Positions 1 through 13,981 of a stretch of DNA of 64,000 nucleotides are shown piece by piece. The notes under the pieces were generated by a model that was not told the origin of the DNA, ran no database searches, and saw only the letters and a program-made list of their open reading frames with translations. Numbering within the stretch: the first letter of the stretch is position 1; every line of letters starts with the position of its first letter. The stretch covers positions 1 to 64,000 of the forward strand of contig ADNK01002757.1 of the NCBI GenBank assembly GCA_000320545.1, in the 5' to 3' direction. The translations under genes and the position numbers were made by a program. The stretch is from Bigelowiella natans CCMP2755 (taxonomy: Eukaryota > Protista > Cercozoa).

Positions 1-282
1 TCTTCGCAAGTGGAACGTCGACCCGCATCTTTTTAAAACCCCCCCCCTACCACGTGGGGCGCGCACCCTCCACCCCTTTTCCCGTCGCCCCACGGGCGGG
101 GGGGGGGGGGGGGGGGGGGGGTTGGAAAGGGAAAGGAGCGAATATGACATATGTGTTTCTTAATAATATTACATAATTATAATACATATGAAATTTGGAT
201 TTATGTGTTTCATCGCTGCGTATTTACCTCCATGAGCGGCGTGGTTTTGTGCGGTTTTTCGAATTCTCTAATGAAGATCATG

Positions 283-742
283 TTACGCTCCTCGTCGTCG
301 TTGTACCTGGTAGTGAGCATGGTTGAAGGTGATGACCATCATTTTGATCATGCTTTTCATTGGAAGATATGTCGTGTCAACAGCACTTGCACAAAATAGA
401 AGGAACCCACAGCCCCCCCCCCACACACACGTCAGTAAACGGGAAGGAAAAACCCTCTTTTCATAGTTACAGTGACTCAACTCTACTACTACTTCTACTA
501 CTACTACTACTGCTGCTGCTACTACAACTGCTACAAGTGCAGTCCTCCTCCTCCTCCTCCTCCTCCTCCTCCTCCTCCTCCTCCTCCTCACCAATCTTCC
601 ACATCGGGTCGGTGGCACATGTCCAAATCTGCAAGCCCATTCATCAGAGCTACTACATCGCTGAGGGTTGCTATGGGTGTATGCTTCTTTATTGCAACCT
701 GAGGCAAGAACAACGGGGAGATTAGAATTCCATTCTACTGAC

Positions 743-781
<39 letters not shown>

Positions 782-2962
782 CCGAATAAAGTGCCAGCTG
801 CCAAAGTCCTCCGGAAAGTACCTCATCCTCCCCATTGCAGTCAGCAGCCGACCGAGGCGTTCTGGCATCAACGTATCACACCACTGCACAGGCCCCGCCT
901 CCCAATCTCCAAACACTTTCTCTCTCAGCTTCTTGCTCGGGGTGTGCTTCATCTCTGTTAGAGCCCACAGGAAATCGGCAACCCCCACCATCCTTGTCGT
1001 TCTATCGAGCTTCCTCGCAAAGGCTGTGTCGAGGGCGGCGAGGGTCTTCGGGTCAGCGAGAGGTTCCCTCCTAGATCCATGAGCCATGACTCCCTTGGAA
1101 AGCTTGGCGAGTGCGTAGCCAAATTCCGATAAATCCCTGATGCTGAGCTTGTGAAGGCCGCTTTTGACGACTTTGGCCTGGAGGAGCCGTACCAGCGACT
1201 CGTCCGGGGAATACCCCAAGTGTGCAAATCCATACAGCACTTGCAGGCTCTCCAGTGGGGTCAGGCACTCCGCCGCCATCTTGCCCGTGTTGGTCGAGCC
1301 GCTCACTTCGGTGAGGATGTTCATGAGCTCTGTCATTGCGTCCTCAGGGAGAGGCAAGCCGTAAGAAAACGCAGATGCGTTGAGCGGTCGGTGGAAGAAC
1401 TTGTTCGCCTCTAGTGGGGATATTTGTTTCTGGTGCGCAAGCTCTTCATTAGTTGGATACGCTTTGGCGACATTGGAGAGTCCATATAGCAGTCTGGCTA
1501 CATCGCGGGGTTCATATCTCCCACTTAAACCGCCCTTCTCCTCATCCTCACCCCCCCCGCCATCGTATTCGCTGAGTGCGTAGTTGGTGGCCACATCCAC
1601 GAGATCGAAGGGCATTGCGCCGTTTGGGTAGAGCATCGGCAGCATGCCAATCGCATATGCGAGGTCCGCTACGCTGCGTGCACTATCAATGTAAGGCTTT
1701 GGAAGTCCGTACTTGTCTGATTGGCTATTGTGCTCTGGAAAGTCTCGTAGCATGCTGGTGTAGATGTCACTGAGGATTAAGTTGCTAATCTCTTTGATCG
1801 CGATGTACCAGGGTGCTGACCTCTCCGATTTATCTGCAAGGTTTTTATGGGGGATTTTGTAGCCAGGATACGTGCCGCCAGCCAGCTTCGATATCGCCTC
1901 GTCGTTGCGCTGGAAATCGGCCAGTCGAGCCAGGAACGCGCACATGTTTGCCAAGCTCATCTCGTTCTTGGTCATTTCCTGCAAATTGTGATCGCTCGGT
2001 TCTAGGCTCTCAGTGGCAGCGATCCATCTCTGCCCTATATCACCGATGTTACCGAACTTTTTCGCATATTGCGGGTCTGTGTCGGGAGAAATGATTGACA
2101 CGTTGTGGAGGAGGAACTGCTTCAGCGCTTTCATAAGCTCAATGGGGTCTCGAGCCTTGCTAATTTGCTGGGAGAGGACGTCTTGCGCATCCCTTCTCTT
2201 CCCCCCCCTTAGGTTCATCAAAGCTGCTCTTTGTCTCTCAGTTACGGTGCTCCTGTCAAGGTCCGAGCTCGCAAAACCCTGCTGCCGTCTCCTCCGCTCA
2301 TTACGAAGGCGGCCGACGTGGTTAGAGCTTTGTCCACCGCTCTCACAGCTACTATATCTTCCATGATTTCTGCCTATAGCGGTGCCGGCTCTCAAACTAG
2401 CAGCTACCGCCGCTTTCCCCCTGCCAACTCCAAGCAAGGAAGTTGACATCACCGCGATTGAGATTGAAAATAGGCCAAGGATGCGGACGAGTCCAGGACG
2501 TCTCCCGCCCACAGGCAGCCACCGCCTAAGTATACAACACCATTACAGAGAACAGGAAGATATATTACAGCTCATATCCTTGGATTTTGGTCAGGGGCAA
2601 TATGTGTTATCATGGACCCTAGCAATGGAGGGGGGGTGTTAAGTATGGATATTGTTCCTCAAAACCCGCCATTTTGATGTTAGGATATGTCATCCTTTGT
2701 TCCACCAAGCCTGTGACCATACCCCATATCCCTCAATGTGTTGGTTCATGCTCTCCCGAACCAGTAGGTAGGGTAGGATCTGCTTGCATGCAGAATCCCT
2801 TGTCACAGCTACATCTAATGCCCAACTCCTCTAACACCCTTTACAATCGCCCCTGCTAATACACTCCTTCATCAAAAAGGCCGGATTTCATCCACATTTT
2901 ATCCCTATCTTCGTAGAGAGGGGTGTGGGGACAGTGGATAGATACCGGGGGGGGGTCCTCAT
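283..2962 (-). CDS. Helical-repeat (OPR/FAST-like) protein with bipartite targeting N-terminus, probable organellar RNA-binding protein; 4 exons
   Basis: Large exon ~781-2525. ATG at 2962 (MRTPP) splices in phase via GT-AG, and two downstream exons end at TAA 283. Hydrophobic LVRILGLFSISIAVMSTSLL is followed by an R/S-rich segment and an LRGG motif. Repeats SVADLAYAIGML, RDVARLLYGLSNV, ESLQVLYGFAHLGY, RDLSEFGYALAKL, GVADFLWALTEM and ERLGRLLTAMGRM resemble the OPR consensus. Confidence 0.7.
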
Positions 2963-3271
2963 CGTTATGCGGAGATGGTTAGCGAAGAAACTCGAAAATG
3001 ACCTAGATTTGATCTCTGCGACAAAACCAAATACAAATCGTCACTTGTAAATGAATGGTTTTTAACAAAAATTTTGCTGGAGGACATGCCCGCAGTAAGA
3101 CATAAATACTCTCGGCAGCTCTGTCTCCGATGTTTCCGGCGCATGCAGCGCTCCCAAAATTATTCAGATTAGCGGTCTTTCTATGCTTTCGATGATACGG
3201 TGATATGATTCCATTTACCTTCTGCGACATGCTTATTTTATGTTTTAACTCTAGTAACAGCGTTTTTCCCG

Positions 3272-3563
3272 ATGACGCACCCAAAGGGCGGAAGCAAGTG
3301 CCTTTCGGCCCGAGCAAAAGCACGGATGCCCTCCCCCCTTCTGCGGGGTTGGTGGCGACGGCGTCGCAGTTCCTCGATGGTCCGCGTGCGGCCACATAGA
3401 ATTAGTGTTTGGACTACGGTGCTATCTGTCCTTCTACATTTTTGCTGGCGGGGGGCAGGACAACGTCTTACAGGGCTTGGGTGAGTTTGTACGAGAAGCG
3501 ACGCGTCGCCCCATCCCACACCGCTGCTGCTCATATACACGCGCATGCGAATGCACAGTCGTA

Positions 3564-3657
<94 letters not shown>

Positions 3658-5426
3658 AATGTTCATATCGTCCTAACGCATGCACGTAGTATATGCACCG
3701 TATTGATTTGCGCAGTACGCACGTAGTAAATGTACAACATTGATTTGCGCAGGAACATATCGCCCCCAACCTCTGTATCGACCCCGCCCTTCTTTCGGTA
3801 AGTACTTCTTTTCATCTTAAATGCAAATTTGAAAAGCAAAAAAAAAACATAGATATTTGTTTTTCCTGGAACACCAAAACCCCCACTAAACACATGGACG
3901 CGGGTTTTCTGATTTTATCTGCACAGATTCTGCGGAGTCAACTTCACCGAACGATGGTTGCAACTTGTCGATGACATGAAGATAGCAACACACGTGACGC
4001 GTGAGACAGATGGAGCGCGGTGCATGTACGGCCTTCGTCGTACCGAGAGCGGGAAGGGCATCGAGGAGTTCGCTATAAACGAGGAGACGGGTGAATCGAT
4101 CCTAACACAAGGGTAATAAAATGATGCGTGTGGAAAGAAAGGTTATATCATCATCGTCGACAACAGCAACAACAACAACGAGTTGTTTGCATGGAAATGA
4201 CTTAGTACCGTACTACAACCTGCTACATAACCTCCAGGCTCTCCAAGGTAGTCGGGCCTTTCCTAGTCCGAATTGCAGGTATACGACGCCTTCGCCCCCC
4301 TGCAGTCGCCAAGCTCTCCTCTCTCCCTCCCCACGACAAGTCTTCTTGCTCTCTTTGCGGCGACGGCATGCCGTTACGGCTTCAGCTGCGGGAACGCATT
4401 GGCACGCTTACAGTTCCAAGAACACAGAGGCGTTGGGACCTACACTTCAACATTTCGCCCCAGCAAGCTACAGGACACGCGCTGCTTGTTCCAACCTTGT
4501 CGCTGGAGGAGAACCGCAGGGGCCAGGCTCTCACCAGGGAGGACTGCATTGATCTAGTCTTACTCGGTTTCGAGGCGGGGAGGGCGGGGAGAGTCGGGAT
4601 TGAAGGGGAAGTGGGGGGAGAGGAGGAAGCGGGGGAGTGCGAAGGCGACAAGCACATCGGTCACTGCGATGCAACGGATGTCGCAGCTGCTGCATCTCTA
4701 TGTGTCAACTACAACGCTCCAGGTGCTGGTGCCAGCCAAAACCATTTGCACGCTCACGTCTGGACGCAATTCGGCCGATATCCTGTCGATAGAGCAGCGC
4801 TGCTGATGAAGAACGAGTGGCGTTGGAGTCGGGAAGCTAGTCGCACCTCCAAAACAGATGAGGGTCCTGGGAGAACAAGAAGGAGAAGAGATCTTACAGA
4901 GGGGGGCGGTGTAACTGCGCGTATTGTGCAGTATCCTGCTGCTGCTGTGTGCTTCATGGGGGAGGATCCCATAGAGGTTGGTAGTAGTAATAGCAGCAGC
5001 TAATCAGCACTTCTCTGCAATGTGCTGCTTGAGCTTCAACGATGGTTTTCTTGTTGCTAATTTTTTCGCCCTGTGGTAGCATCTTCTATGGTGGTGGTAG
5101 TAGTAGCAGCAGTAGTAGTAGTAGTAGTAGTAAGTAAGGGAGTGACCGTCGAGACAAAAGCGTGTTTTTATGCTGTATCAGTGAATAGTAAGTAGGGTCA
5201 TTATGACGTCCTCACTCCTCTCTGTTTTCAACCTATCTGCCCCTTACTCCTTATTGTCTTCTGGCATAATCTCCCACACCCATAGATAGGGGATGCAGTA
5301 TACGATGTAATTGTTGAGGCTGAGTCGCGTGGCCTGACGTACAATCTTCTCATTAGTGGGGGGGGGCGAGATGAAGCAGCCGGTAAGTATTCAGTGAATC
5401 CTCTACTGCGTCTTTCTCTTCCAAAT

Positions 5427-5492
<66 letters not shown>

Positions 5493-5843
5493 GGTTTTTT
5501 GAATGAGGGGGCGGGGTTGTGCAGGGGCATACATCCAATTCGTTTACTATTTCATTAGACGTCGTGGGGGTGTACCTGTTTCTCCGTGGTAGAGGCGAAC
5601 AGAACGAGAGGCCCTCCGTGCTTGGCCAACGAATCGGTGCCGGGCAGATGGCAGGTGCAAGATCATCATCTTACAGTTCTCATGAGTACATTCGTCATCA
5701 TTGCGTATTGGTATGTACTGCTAGGAGAATGGATCATTGACCGTCCCGATGTCTTTGAGCGCGCGACCGAGAGTTCCATCACTGAGGCGTTAGCTCAAAC
5801 AAGGCCAGACGGAAAGACAGGTGCTTGCGTCGGCAACGATTAG
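3272..5843 (+). CDS. GDP-D-glucose / GDP-L-galactose phosphorylase family (GDPGP1/VTC2-like HIT protein); ~6 exons
   Basis: Spliced product contains FNISPQQATGHALLVP, NYNAPGAGASQNHLHAH (HIT motif), TYNLLI, VYLFLR and QMAGEWIIDRPDVFERATE, matching the motif order of VTC2/GDPGP1. Exon phases are consistent. The start codon (3272 or a later ATG) is uncertain. Confidence 0.75.
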
Positions 5844-7095
5844 CACATATCACAACACACATGTACGAGCGCTGTATACGCGCCGCGCGAGCGTGCACCT
5901 AGCATGTGACTGTGGGTGCGTGTGTGCGTGTATGCGTGTGAGCTACAAGCAAATAAATTGCCGATGATGTTATGCACAACCCCGTTGCGAAATACTTCTA
6001 TCTGTTTTGAAGCCCGTTAGTTGACCACACTCTTCCGACAGGGAACGAAGTGATAACAAACATCTTGGACGCTGCTTCGTCTGCTGCATGATGATAGATG
6101 ACTGGTGAGCACCATTTCGTAGCTAAGTTGCCGCTACTACGTGAAGTATGAATAGAAAATATTGGTTCAGTTCCCCAGCAGGACGCCATGCCGCAGAAAA
6201 TTGCAGAATTCCTTAATTTTTAATAGGATGGACATTACTTGAGCAATAAACAGTTTGGATTCAGCGTTCTGAAACATCTTTGAACCAGACTCTTCATCAT
6301 CGCCAAAACTTAATTATTTCAAATTTAACAATACTGGAGTAAAACTTTATTGTTATAATTTTGTGGCAGCATTAGCCGTACGTCGTCGACATCAGCTGGG
6401 CATGCATTCTCCTGATATCAGCACTGCTACGTACTAGACCACAAGCACCTCTATTATATTTTTGTAACTTGCGTATGGCTTGCTAGCTTGTAGTGGTCAT
6501 TATGCGAAAAATCTGGAACAACAAGAATGACATTTCAATTTGCAGCGCTGTGCGACGCGCTTCCGATGAAATAAATAAACGGCATTGAAATGATGCAGTC
6601 AAACCAAGCAAGAGAAAAACCTGCTACTAGCTCAATAATAATTTGTTTCTACATCAATTCACATTCGCAAGCACTTACTTGCATATACGCAAACGTCTTT
6701 TGTTATGTGAATGAAGAATTAATATCCGCCCTCATGCAGCATCAGTACATATATATATATATATATATGTGGTGCCTGATACCTGCAGCCACTCTAGCAC
6801 TGGGAACAACGGCATCGTCAATTGTTGTCATGTGTGTTCGCCCAATGTGATTTCGTCAGCTACCTCTCGCTCAGTCCAACAGTATGGCTAAGCCGCACGC
6901 CCCGACGCGCATGATAAACGTGCACTGCCCGACCCCTGCATGCATGTCTAGATGTCTATCTAGCTGTGCCTAGATGCCCCCACGCAGTTCGTGCATGCGA
7001 ACCATATGCAGAGCATGCATGCACTATGAAGAAATGTGTTTACTAAATATCGTAACCGTGAAATGATCTGCATACTTCTTTACATTACATTATCA

Positions 7096-7647
7096 TCATG
7101 GCATCATTGCTGTACTGCTGTGCACGCAAAATTTCGTCCACGCGCGCCAACATCAGCTCTCGGGACGTGTTCAGAGGAATGCCTGTGCGATTAAACCTGA
7201 CAATAAAAAACAGCATCATTTGTAATGCAATTTGTCATTTTTCAGCCCGCAGCTTTTGAGTTCGTTTAAAGCTGTTTTCTCAGGAAAACTTATTCCAGAC
7301 ATTGATAACATGATTACCTCGAAACATCGAATGAGAATCCCCCGCGCCGAATCAACGAGAACTCCTGTGAAACGCCACAACCCAGCATGCGTAAGAGGGA
7401 GGGGAGGGGAGATGGAGAGAAAAAGGCGCAGTAGTTGTAACTGAGCAGGAGAGTGGGAAGAGGACCTGCAGAAATTGGGTCGTATTTGTACAAGTGTTGA
7501 TGAAGCCGACGTCACTTGCGACATTCTTCCAAGAGGCAACCTCTAACCATTTATGGCCACAACGCATGTAAGTTGTAAGTGTATGCTCATGCACAGCGTG
7601 CTCGTCCTATTCCTTCACCTTACCCCTCTCAGCGAATAAATAAGAAT

Positions 7648-7692
<45 letters not shown>

Positions 7693-7867
7693 ACATAAGC
7701 CATTTCGAATGCTCGTACGCTAAGAACAGCTGCATGCTCATCATCGCCTTTACACACACACTCATCACATGATGGGGAGTTGCACAAACCTGGGATCGAA
7801 AGATACACATGAGGGGTACCTGATAGCGCGCAGCGTATGACGAAATCAGTGTGTGTGTAAGTGTGTG

Positions 7868-7902
<35 letters not shown>

Positions 7903-7913
7903 ATGTGTGTGTG

Positions 7914-7950
<37 letters not shown>

Positions 7951-8517
7951 ATGTGTGTGTGTCTGCAGCGCATATCGCATGTCAATTTTTACAAGCGAGC
8001 AGTATTTTGAAAATAAAGATGGGGGCAGGGACTTGATGTCGCCTTTTCTCTGATATTGTGAGTCACTTGCGTGGAGATGTAGTATCACCTACGACAAGGG
8101 ATTGAATCCCACAAGTGCTAAAATGGCTGACCGTCACATTCGCAACCCTAAGGAATCAGCAGCGTCAGTCAACGCGGAGGAACAAGAAGGAGAGAGCGGT
8201 AACATGGGGGGGGGGTGGGGCTTCAGTAAATTCGTAGCGGAATGAGGATGCAGCTGAGTAGATTGGAAGGTACACGGGAGATAGCTGTTGCTTGTGCAGT
8301 TTCATGGATATGTGGTGGATTTAAGAGAAGATGAAGCTGAATATTATCTCACCGTCGCCTTCTTGATGGTATAAGATTTGTAGACCAGGCACTCACGCAC
8401 ACGCACACGCACACGCACACGCACACACTCTCGCAAGCTTTACCTTGCCAAAAGGGGTGACTTGACGTTGCTTACTATAGTAACATTTGCACCTGTGTGC
8501 CGATTTCAACGAAACAT

Positions 8518-8558
<41 letters not shown>

Positions 8559-9100
8559 ATATTTTATATATTTATACATATCGTTCTCATTTATCTATAT
8601 GCACGCACACACATCAGCAGCAAATCACGTCAATTACCCTCCATTCGAAAGACTGCCTCCTCTTTCTCGCTAGTTCTCCCTGAAACAACATCATGAGTAA
8701 GCATCATCCCAAGGCAACAACAACAACAACTACATCGTCATTCCTTCCTTCCTTTCCACCACAATCATGCTTGTGTTAAGTCATCATTAATTGCCATTGC
8801 CCCCACAACCAACGACGTATTACTACATATATTTGTACGATATTTGTACTAGCATATCACGTGAAGATTAGAGGAGATCGGCCAGAAATAACATGCAAGA
8901 AGTTGGCGGAAGTAATTGCTTTCCAAACGACTACGGACCAGGATGTGGAGAGAATGTCGCCATGAAATTCGGAGCGGCGAGCTTTGTTGCTCTAGCAAAC
9001 TCCCGTACCTTAAGATTTTTGAGGTTGTTATACAAGATATAAGCTCACACGCAACAATAATAAAACACAAATCTCTCTCTCTCTCTCCTCCCCCCCCTTC

Positions 9101-9145
<45 letters not shown>

Positions 9146-9171
9146 TCTCTCCATATTCCTATTTTCTACAA

Positions 9172-9231
<60 letters not shown>

Positions 9232-9590
9232 GACCCACGGGCAAACACACACGTACGACAATGCTTTTTCTTCAATGCTGAACGCTACTACTACAACACG
9301 TATCATCATCATCATCCTGCGACTACTACTCACGGTATCGAGATAAGGACGACTTGCAGGAAGGCCACCAGGATCATCGTAACCTACAATGATTTGTAAA
9401 CGACGACGAAGAACCCCACCAGCAGCCAGTATTAGGAGGATGCATATGGAGAAGCAAAAGGCGAGACGAACATATCCTCATGGTCAAGCATTACTACAAG
9501 GAAGAATAACAAGCTCTACATGTAGATAGCCGTGAGATGGAGAATTAGTAATTGTATGAGATTCCATGGAGAATGCGAAACCACGAGACA

Positions 9591-9669
<79 letters not shown>

Positions 9670-10042
9670 AGAGCATGAAATATGTACAATATATGGCATG
9701 GGAGTCGTGATGATTTACCTCCATACATGTGGACGACAGGGGTGGTGAAATCCTGCGGCAAACACATAACACAGGCAAAGAGAACAACGGAGGAAATGCC
9801 CATTCAGACAACAAACAGCTTCATGATGTAGCAGTGACGAGAAAGAGGAATTATAGCGGTGATACATTAGCGATCATTGTGCGCAAAGAGTCGTAAAGCA
9901 CTGTGCCGTCAAGCAGACAAAAGAGTAGCTGCTATCGACGAAAATATATTCAAAACGAGGCTTAAGCATCCTACCTTTATTTTTAAGATTTCTGTTCGGA
10001 TGCGATTAAGTTCGTTCTTGCTCGTTGACTTGACCTACCATC

Positions 10043-10082
<40 letters not shown>

Positions 10083-10636
10083 TATAATCTGTATGAAAAC
10101 AAGTAGCATAGCCACGAACACCACCTCTACTTCCCAGGCCCTCAGTGTCGGTGACCCCATCGTCCTCACCTGCACGTTATGTGATTGATGAATGAGGAGG
10201 ATGATGATGAAATATGCTGCTGCTGCTGCTGCTGCTTATGATGACGATCTTCGAGAAACACGAGTGCTGTTGGCCTGATGGCGGTGTCGTCACTTAGACA
10301 CATCATCACAGCAGGATAAGAGGGTAAGAAGATAGAGATGGGGGAGGACAGTACTGATGTACCACCTGAGGATCTTTCTTCTCATTGTTTATCTTGATGT
10401 TCTCCCTCGCCATCATCGTTTTTGTTGTTGCTCCTGCAGCACTAACCCCGTTTGCTGCTTTCTGTATCCTTCGTGCTCCTCCATTGGCGTTGTTCTTATC
10501 ATGGCGGTTCTGTTGCCCAATGTGCTGCCTGTACGTCTTGGTGATTACATCAGCTGTTGTCCATATCTCGTCGAGGATGGAGGGTCTAAATGATGGAATA
10601 TGAGAGTCAATAGTATAAGTTACAGCTGCTCCTCCT

Positions 10637-10683
<47 letters not shown>

Positions 10684-11037
10684 TATATATAACAGCCTAG
10701 TTGTTGTTGTTGTTGTTCATCGTGATAGAAGATTATAGTCCAATATCCAGAGCACACGCCATGCCATGCAACATGCGGCGAATTGGGAATTGGCTTTGTC
10801 GTAGAGCACGTTGTGTGCAGGGAGTTGATGACTTGAGCTTGTTGTGTGTTGTAATACCTTGTTGTCGCAGCTTTAGGTCCGTAGCCCTCCGCCTCCCAAT
10901 TTGTCGTAAAACCGTCGATATAACCGATGACAACAGATCGCTGCTTCTGCTCCCCGTCATTTCTTCGCGCGCGCGCTCTCCGGGCTATATCCACCTGAAT
11001 GGTGCTAACCATCCCAGTGATAACCTGATAGATATGT

Positions 11038-11073
<36 letters not shown>

Positions 11074-11136
11074 CATTTCACTTCATCGTACCAATGACTC
11101 AAGTCTACCCTATGTATTTCCCCTCTCAATATATTG

Positions 11137-11177
<41 letters not shown>

Positions 11178-11367
11178 ACGACATTACCACGGAAGGGGAT
11201 AGCATGTCCAGGAGCCGAGCAATCTCCTACAGTAGGAGAGATCGCACCACGCATAGATCAATGATGAGTTCCGTCAGCACTTGCAACATTTTCATTGGTT
11301 GGGAAGAATACACGCATAAGCACACACACACACACACGCACGCGCGCGCACTAACATTCCCATCATC

Positions 11368-11398
<31 letters not shown>

Positions 11399-12270
11399 CT
11401 GACCTCTTCTGGCAATGTCGCGGTGCGCAGTCCACTTTTCCAACGGGGCAACATTAAAACCCATACTAGCCAACGTGTGCACCTATTCGTAGTAAGTAGC
11501 AGGAACGAACGTATCGATGACGACAATGCCAAAAGGATGCAGCAGAAACAACACACCAACTACATCGCCAACGAGAAGCTATATAAGAAGTGTGATGGTG
11601 TTCAATCTATGATACTCGTTATGTTGCTCACTCCTCCTCTTCCTCCTCTTCATTTTCATTATTTACCCCAGGCTCCTCTCCACTAAGCACGCTCTTCGGC
11701 GCAGTACCAAAGCCGGTAACGACAGCAACCACTTCAGACTGCTGGTTCGTCCTATCTGCCGATCTTAGCGTCCTCGCTGCCATACGTTTCGCCGTGAATT
11801 TAATTTGTTTTTAAGTAATATCGTAGTCTGCTATACGGATGCTACTAATACTACCTATGTCCCGCCAGTGGGGAGTTTCAAGAGAAGGAGGGAAGTTGTC
11901 GCGCAGAGCACGAAACAGGGGCAGTAAAGCCAAAGTCTCTCCAGCATCCCGGAATACAAAGACCACTGGCCTGCACGATGAGAAAAATATGAGAGGAGGG
12001 GAGGATAATAAAAAGACCCCAATATGATCACTACAGGGACTACGACAGAGATTGAGATGAGAGATGAAGCCTACCCGACATATGGGTTAGTTGGATCAGA
12101 TGTCTGTGAAGAGGAGCGATCCTTCGCAAACACCATTGCAGCGGAAACTATGATACGATAACAACTGCATAAGAACAACAACAAAGGGGCTGACGTATCG
12201 ATATTACTACCTGTTATAGCAGCGCAGGCGACAAGAAGTGCTACGGAAATGCAGCAACGTTTCCTCCATT
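7096..12270 (-). CDS. GT-B-fold glycosyltransferase-like protein with N-terminal hydrophobic segment; ~15 small exons, start not resolved
   Basis: Hand-spliced GT-AG exons give CISVALLVACAAIT..PVVFVFRDAGETLALLPLFRAL..SPSVVITGMVS..VVIGYIDG..LDEIW..VRTMGSPTL..VVHMYGGY..FSPHPG..RVANVTVSHFSTCGIQSLVVGTPHVYL..LARVDEILRA..stop at 7096. One junction near 11436 needs a 1-nt correction and an exon near 9870-9930 is uncertain. Confidence 0.65.
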
Positions 12271-13981
12271 CCTAAATTTATTCCGAATAGGCGAGCGCGA
12301 CAAAATCGGTCATGATTGCAATCCGTACACACACGTTGCTACGTGTCAATTAACGCGATCCTGCGACTATATATACATGGAAAATAGAGCAATAGAACAA
12401 ACCACGCTCTCTCTTCTTGTAGATATGAACGAATGCCTCAGCCTCCGAGGCGTCAAGGCCGGTGTTACCGTACTTTTAGTATCATCCTGAGGGGCAGCGT
12501 TCATTTAAAATCGTACATGTATTCTGAGCTACACTTACAGATACATAACCACGTATGCGCTGATAATGGGATGGATTTACGATGTAAAGCGTCAAACCTG
12601 AGTATGGGTTTCCACCCGTAAATTGGGCTTGCGAGCTTCCAGGTCGGAACGGAGAAGCGGTGAATTGTCTGCATCATTGTGCCCAATCTTGCTCACTGCA
12701 TCGCCTGTCTGCATGGCCCTGTGAAATCCTGAAACAAATTATGAGGACGTGCGTACGCCCGATAGTTCCGTCCAATGTCCAACCACGAGGGACGTAGCAC
12801 CCATTTTCACCCAGTACCAAGTTTGCTGCGACATCCATCGACGAAAATTCCATGATCGTTGTTAGACATTATGTCGCATACTATTTTTGTCCTAGAAATA
12901 ATATAAATTGAATGAAACCTTACACCTTTAAGACAGGCAAATGGGAATTCCGCTATTCATTAGATTTACTTTGCCGCTTAATTAATTATTTGTATCTGAG
13001 ATTGCTGGCTCGCGAAAAATCTGAAGAAAAACATCAGATACATGTCCGGACAATGTTGCTTTCCACCTGGTTTCAAAACATGGAAAGTATCCCAAAATAC
13101 GTAATTTATATGTTGTCTTAAGGAATAAATATAGTATATTTTGGACTATATGAAGGATACCAACCAGGATTTGGACTGGGAAACCTGTTGTCGAGGTAGC
13201 GTGACGCAAGAATGTTTCAGATTCAAAGATAACTTCTTAACGTGAAAATTATTCAGGTGCAACGAAAACGAATTGTTTTATTATGTCGTTATAACCTATT
13301 ATGCGCTTTACGATCACAGGGACTGGAGAATCCGTCATGTGAACAACTTACCGCAAATTTGCAGTGCTACTTTTTGCAGGGGAAGTTGATAAGTAATGAT
13401 AATTTTACATAACGACATGAATCTTATGCATAATAATGTATAAAATATAACTCATCTTGAATTATTTGTATACCGTGTGGGATTTGCTTTAAGAATCAGG
13501 CATCAATTTCTCTGAGCACTTCCAAGGTGTGTACGTGCAATGGAGGAGGGGGGGGGGGATTAATGTGGATGTTGAGAACTCCAGATAAATTTGAAGCCCT
13601 TCGATCCAAAATTATTTACTATTAAAATCCCCACGCTCTTATTTAAATGCATTTATCAACGAGAAAAGGAGAGAGGAAGAGGGAGACAGGGTGGGAGAGG
13701 AGAGAAAAAAAGTGAGATACAGCATTTAATTTTCCCCTTTCTGTTGTAAGGCTCATCGCAGTTGTATGCGCACTCAAACCCTTACACGTACACAATATAT
13801 CGCATCTACCATTTTTATTTTTTTAAGAAACCCTGAGCCTGCTTGCCGAATTCCTTGAAATGAATTTAGTTTTCTATTCTCCTGAATGGTTTTGGCTTCA
13901 CATATCTATTTTCGCAACAATTTCTTCAATTATTCTCTTTCCCTCGAAATCAGAATAGCGATGGTGCACACGGTCACTAAT

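Noticed and set aside
38-125. Poly-G/poly-C tract as G-quadruplex or telomeric feature
   Set aside because: A simple homopolymer at the window edge with no telomeric unit. It may be low-quality sequence.
11431-11440. Apparent extra base in a GT-B exon as programmed frameshift
   Set aside because: It lies in a 4-nt homopolymer. An assembly error or my exon mis-assignment is more likely.
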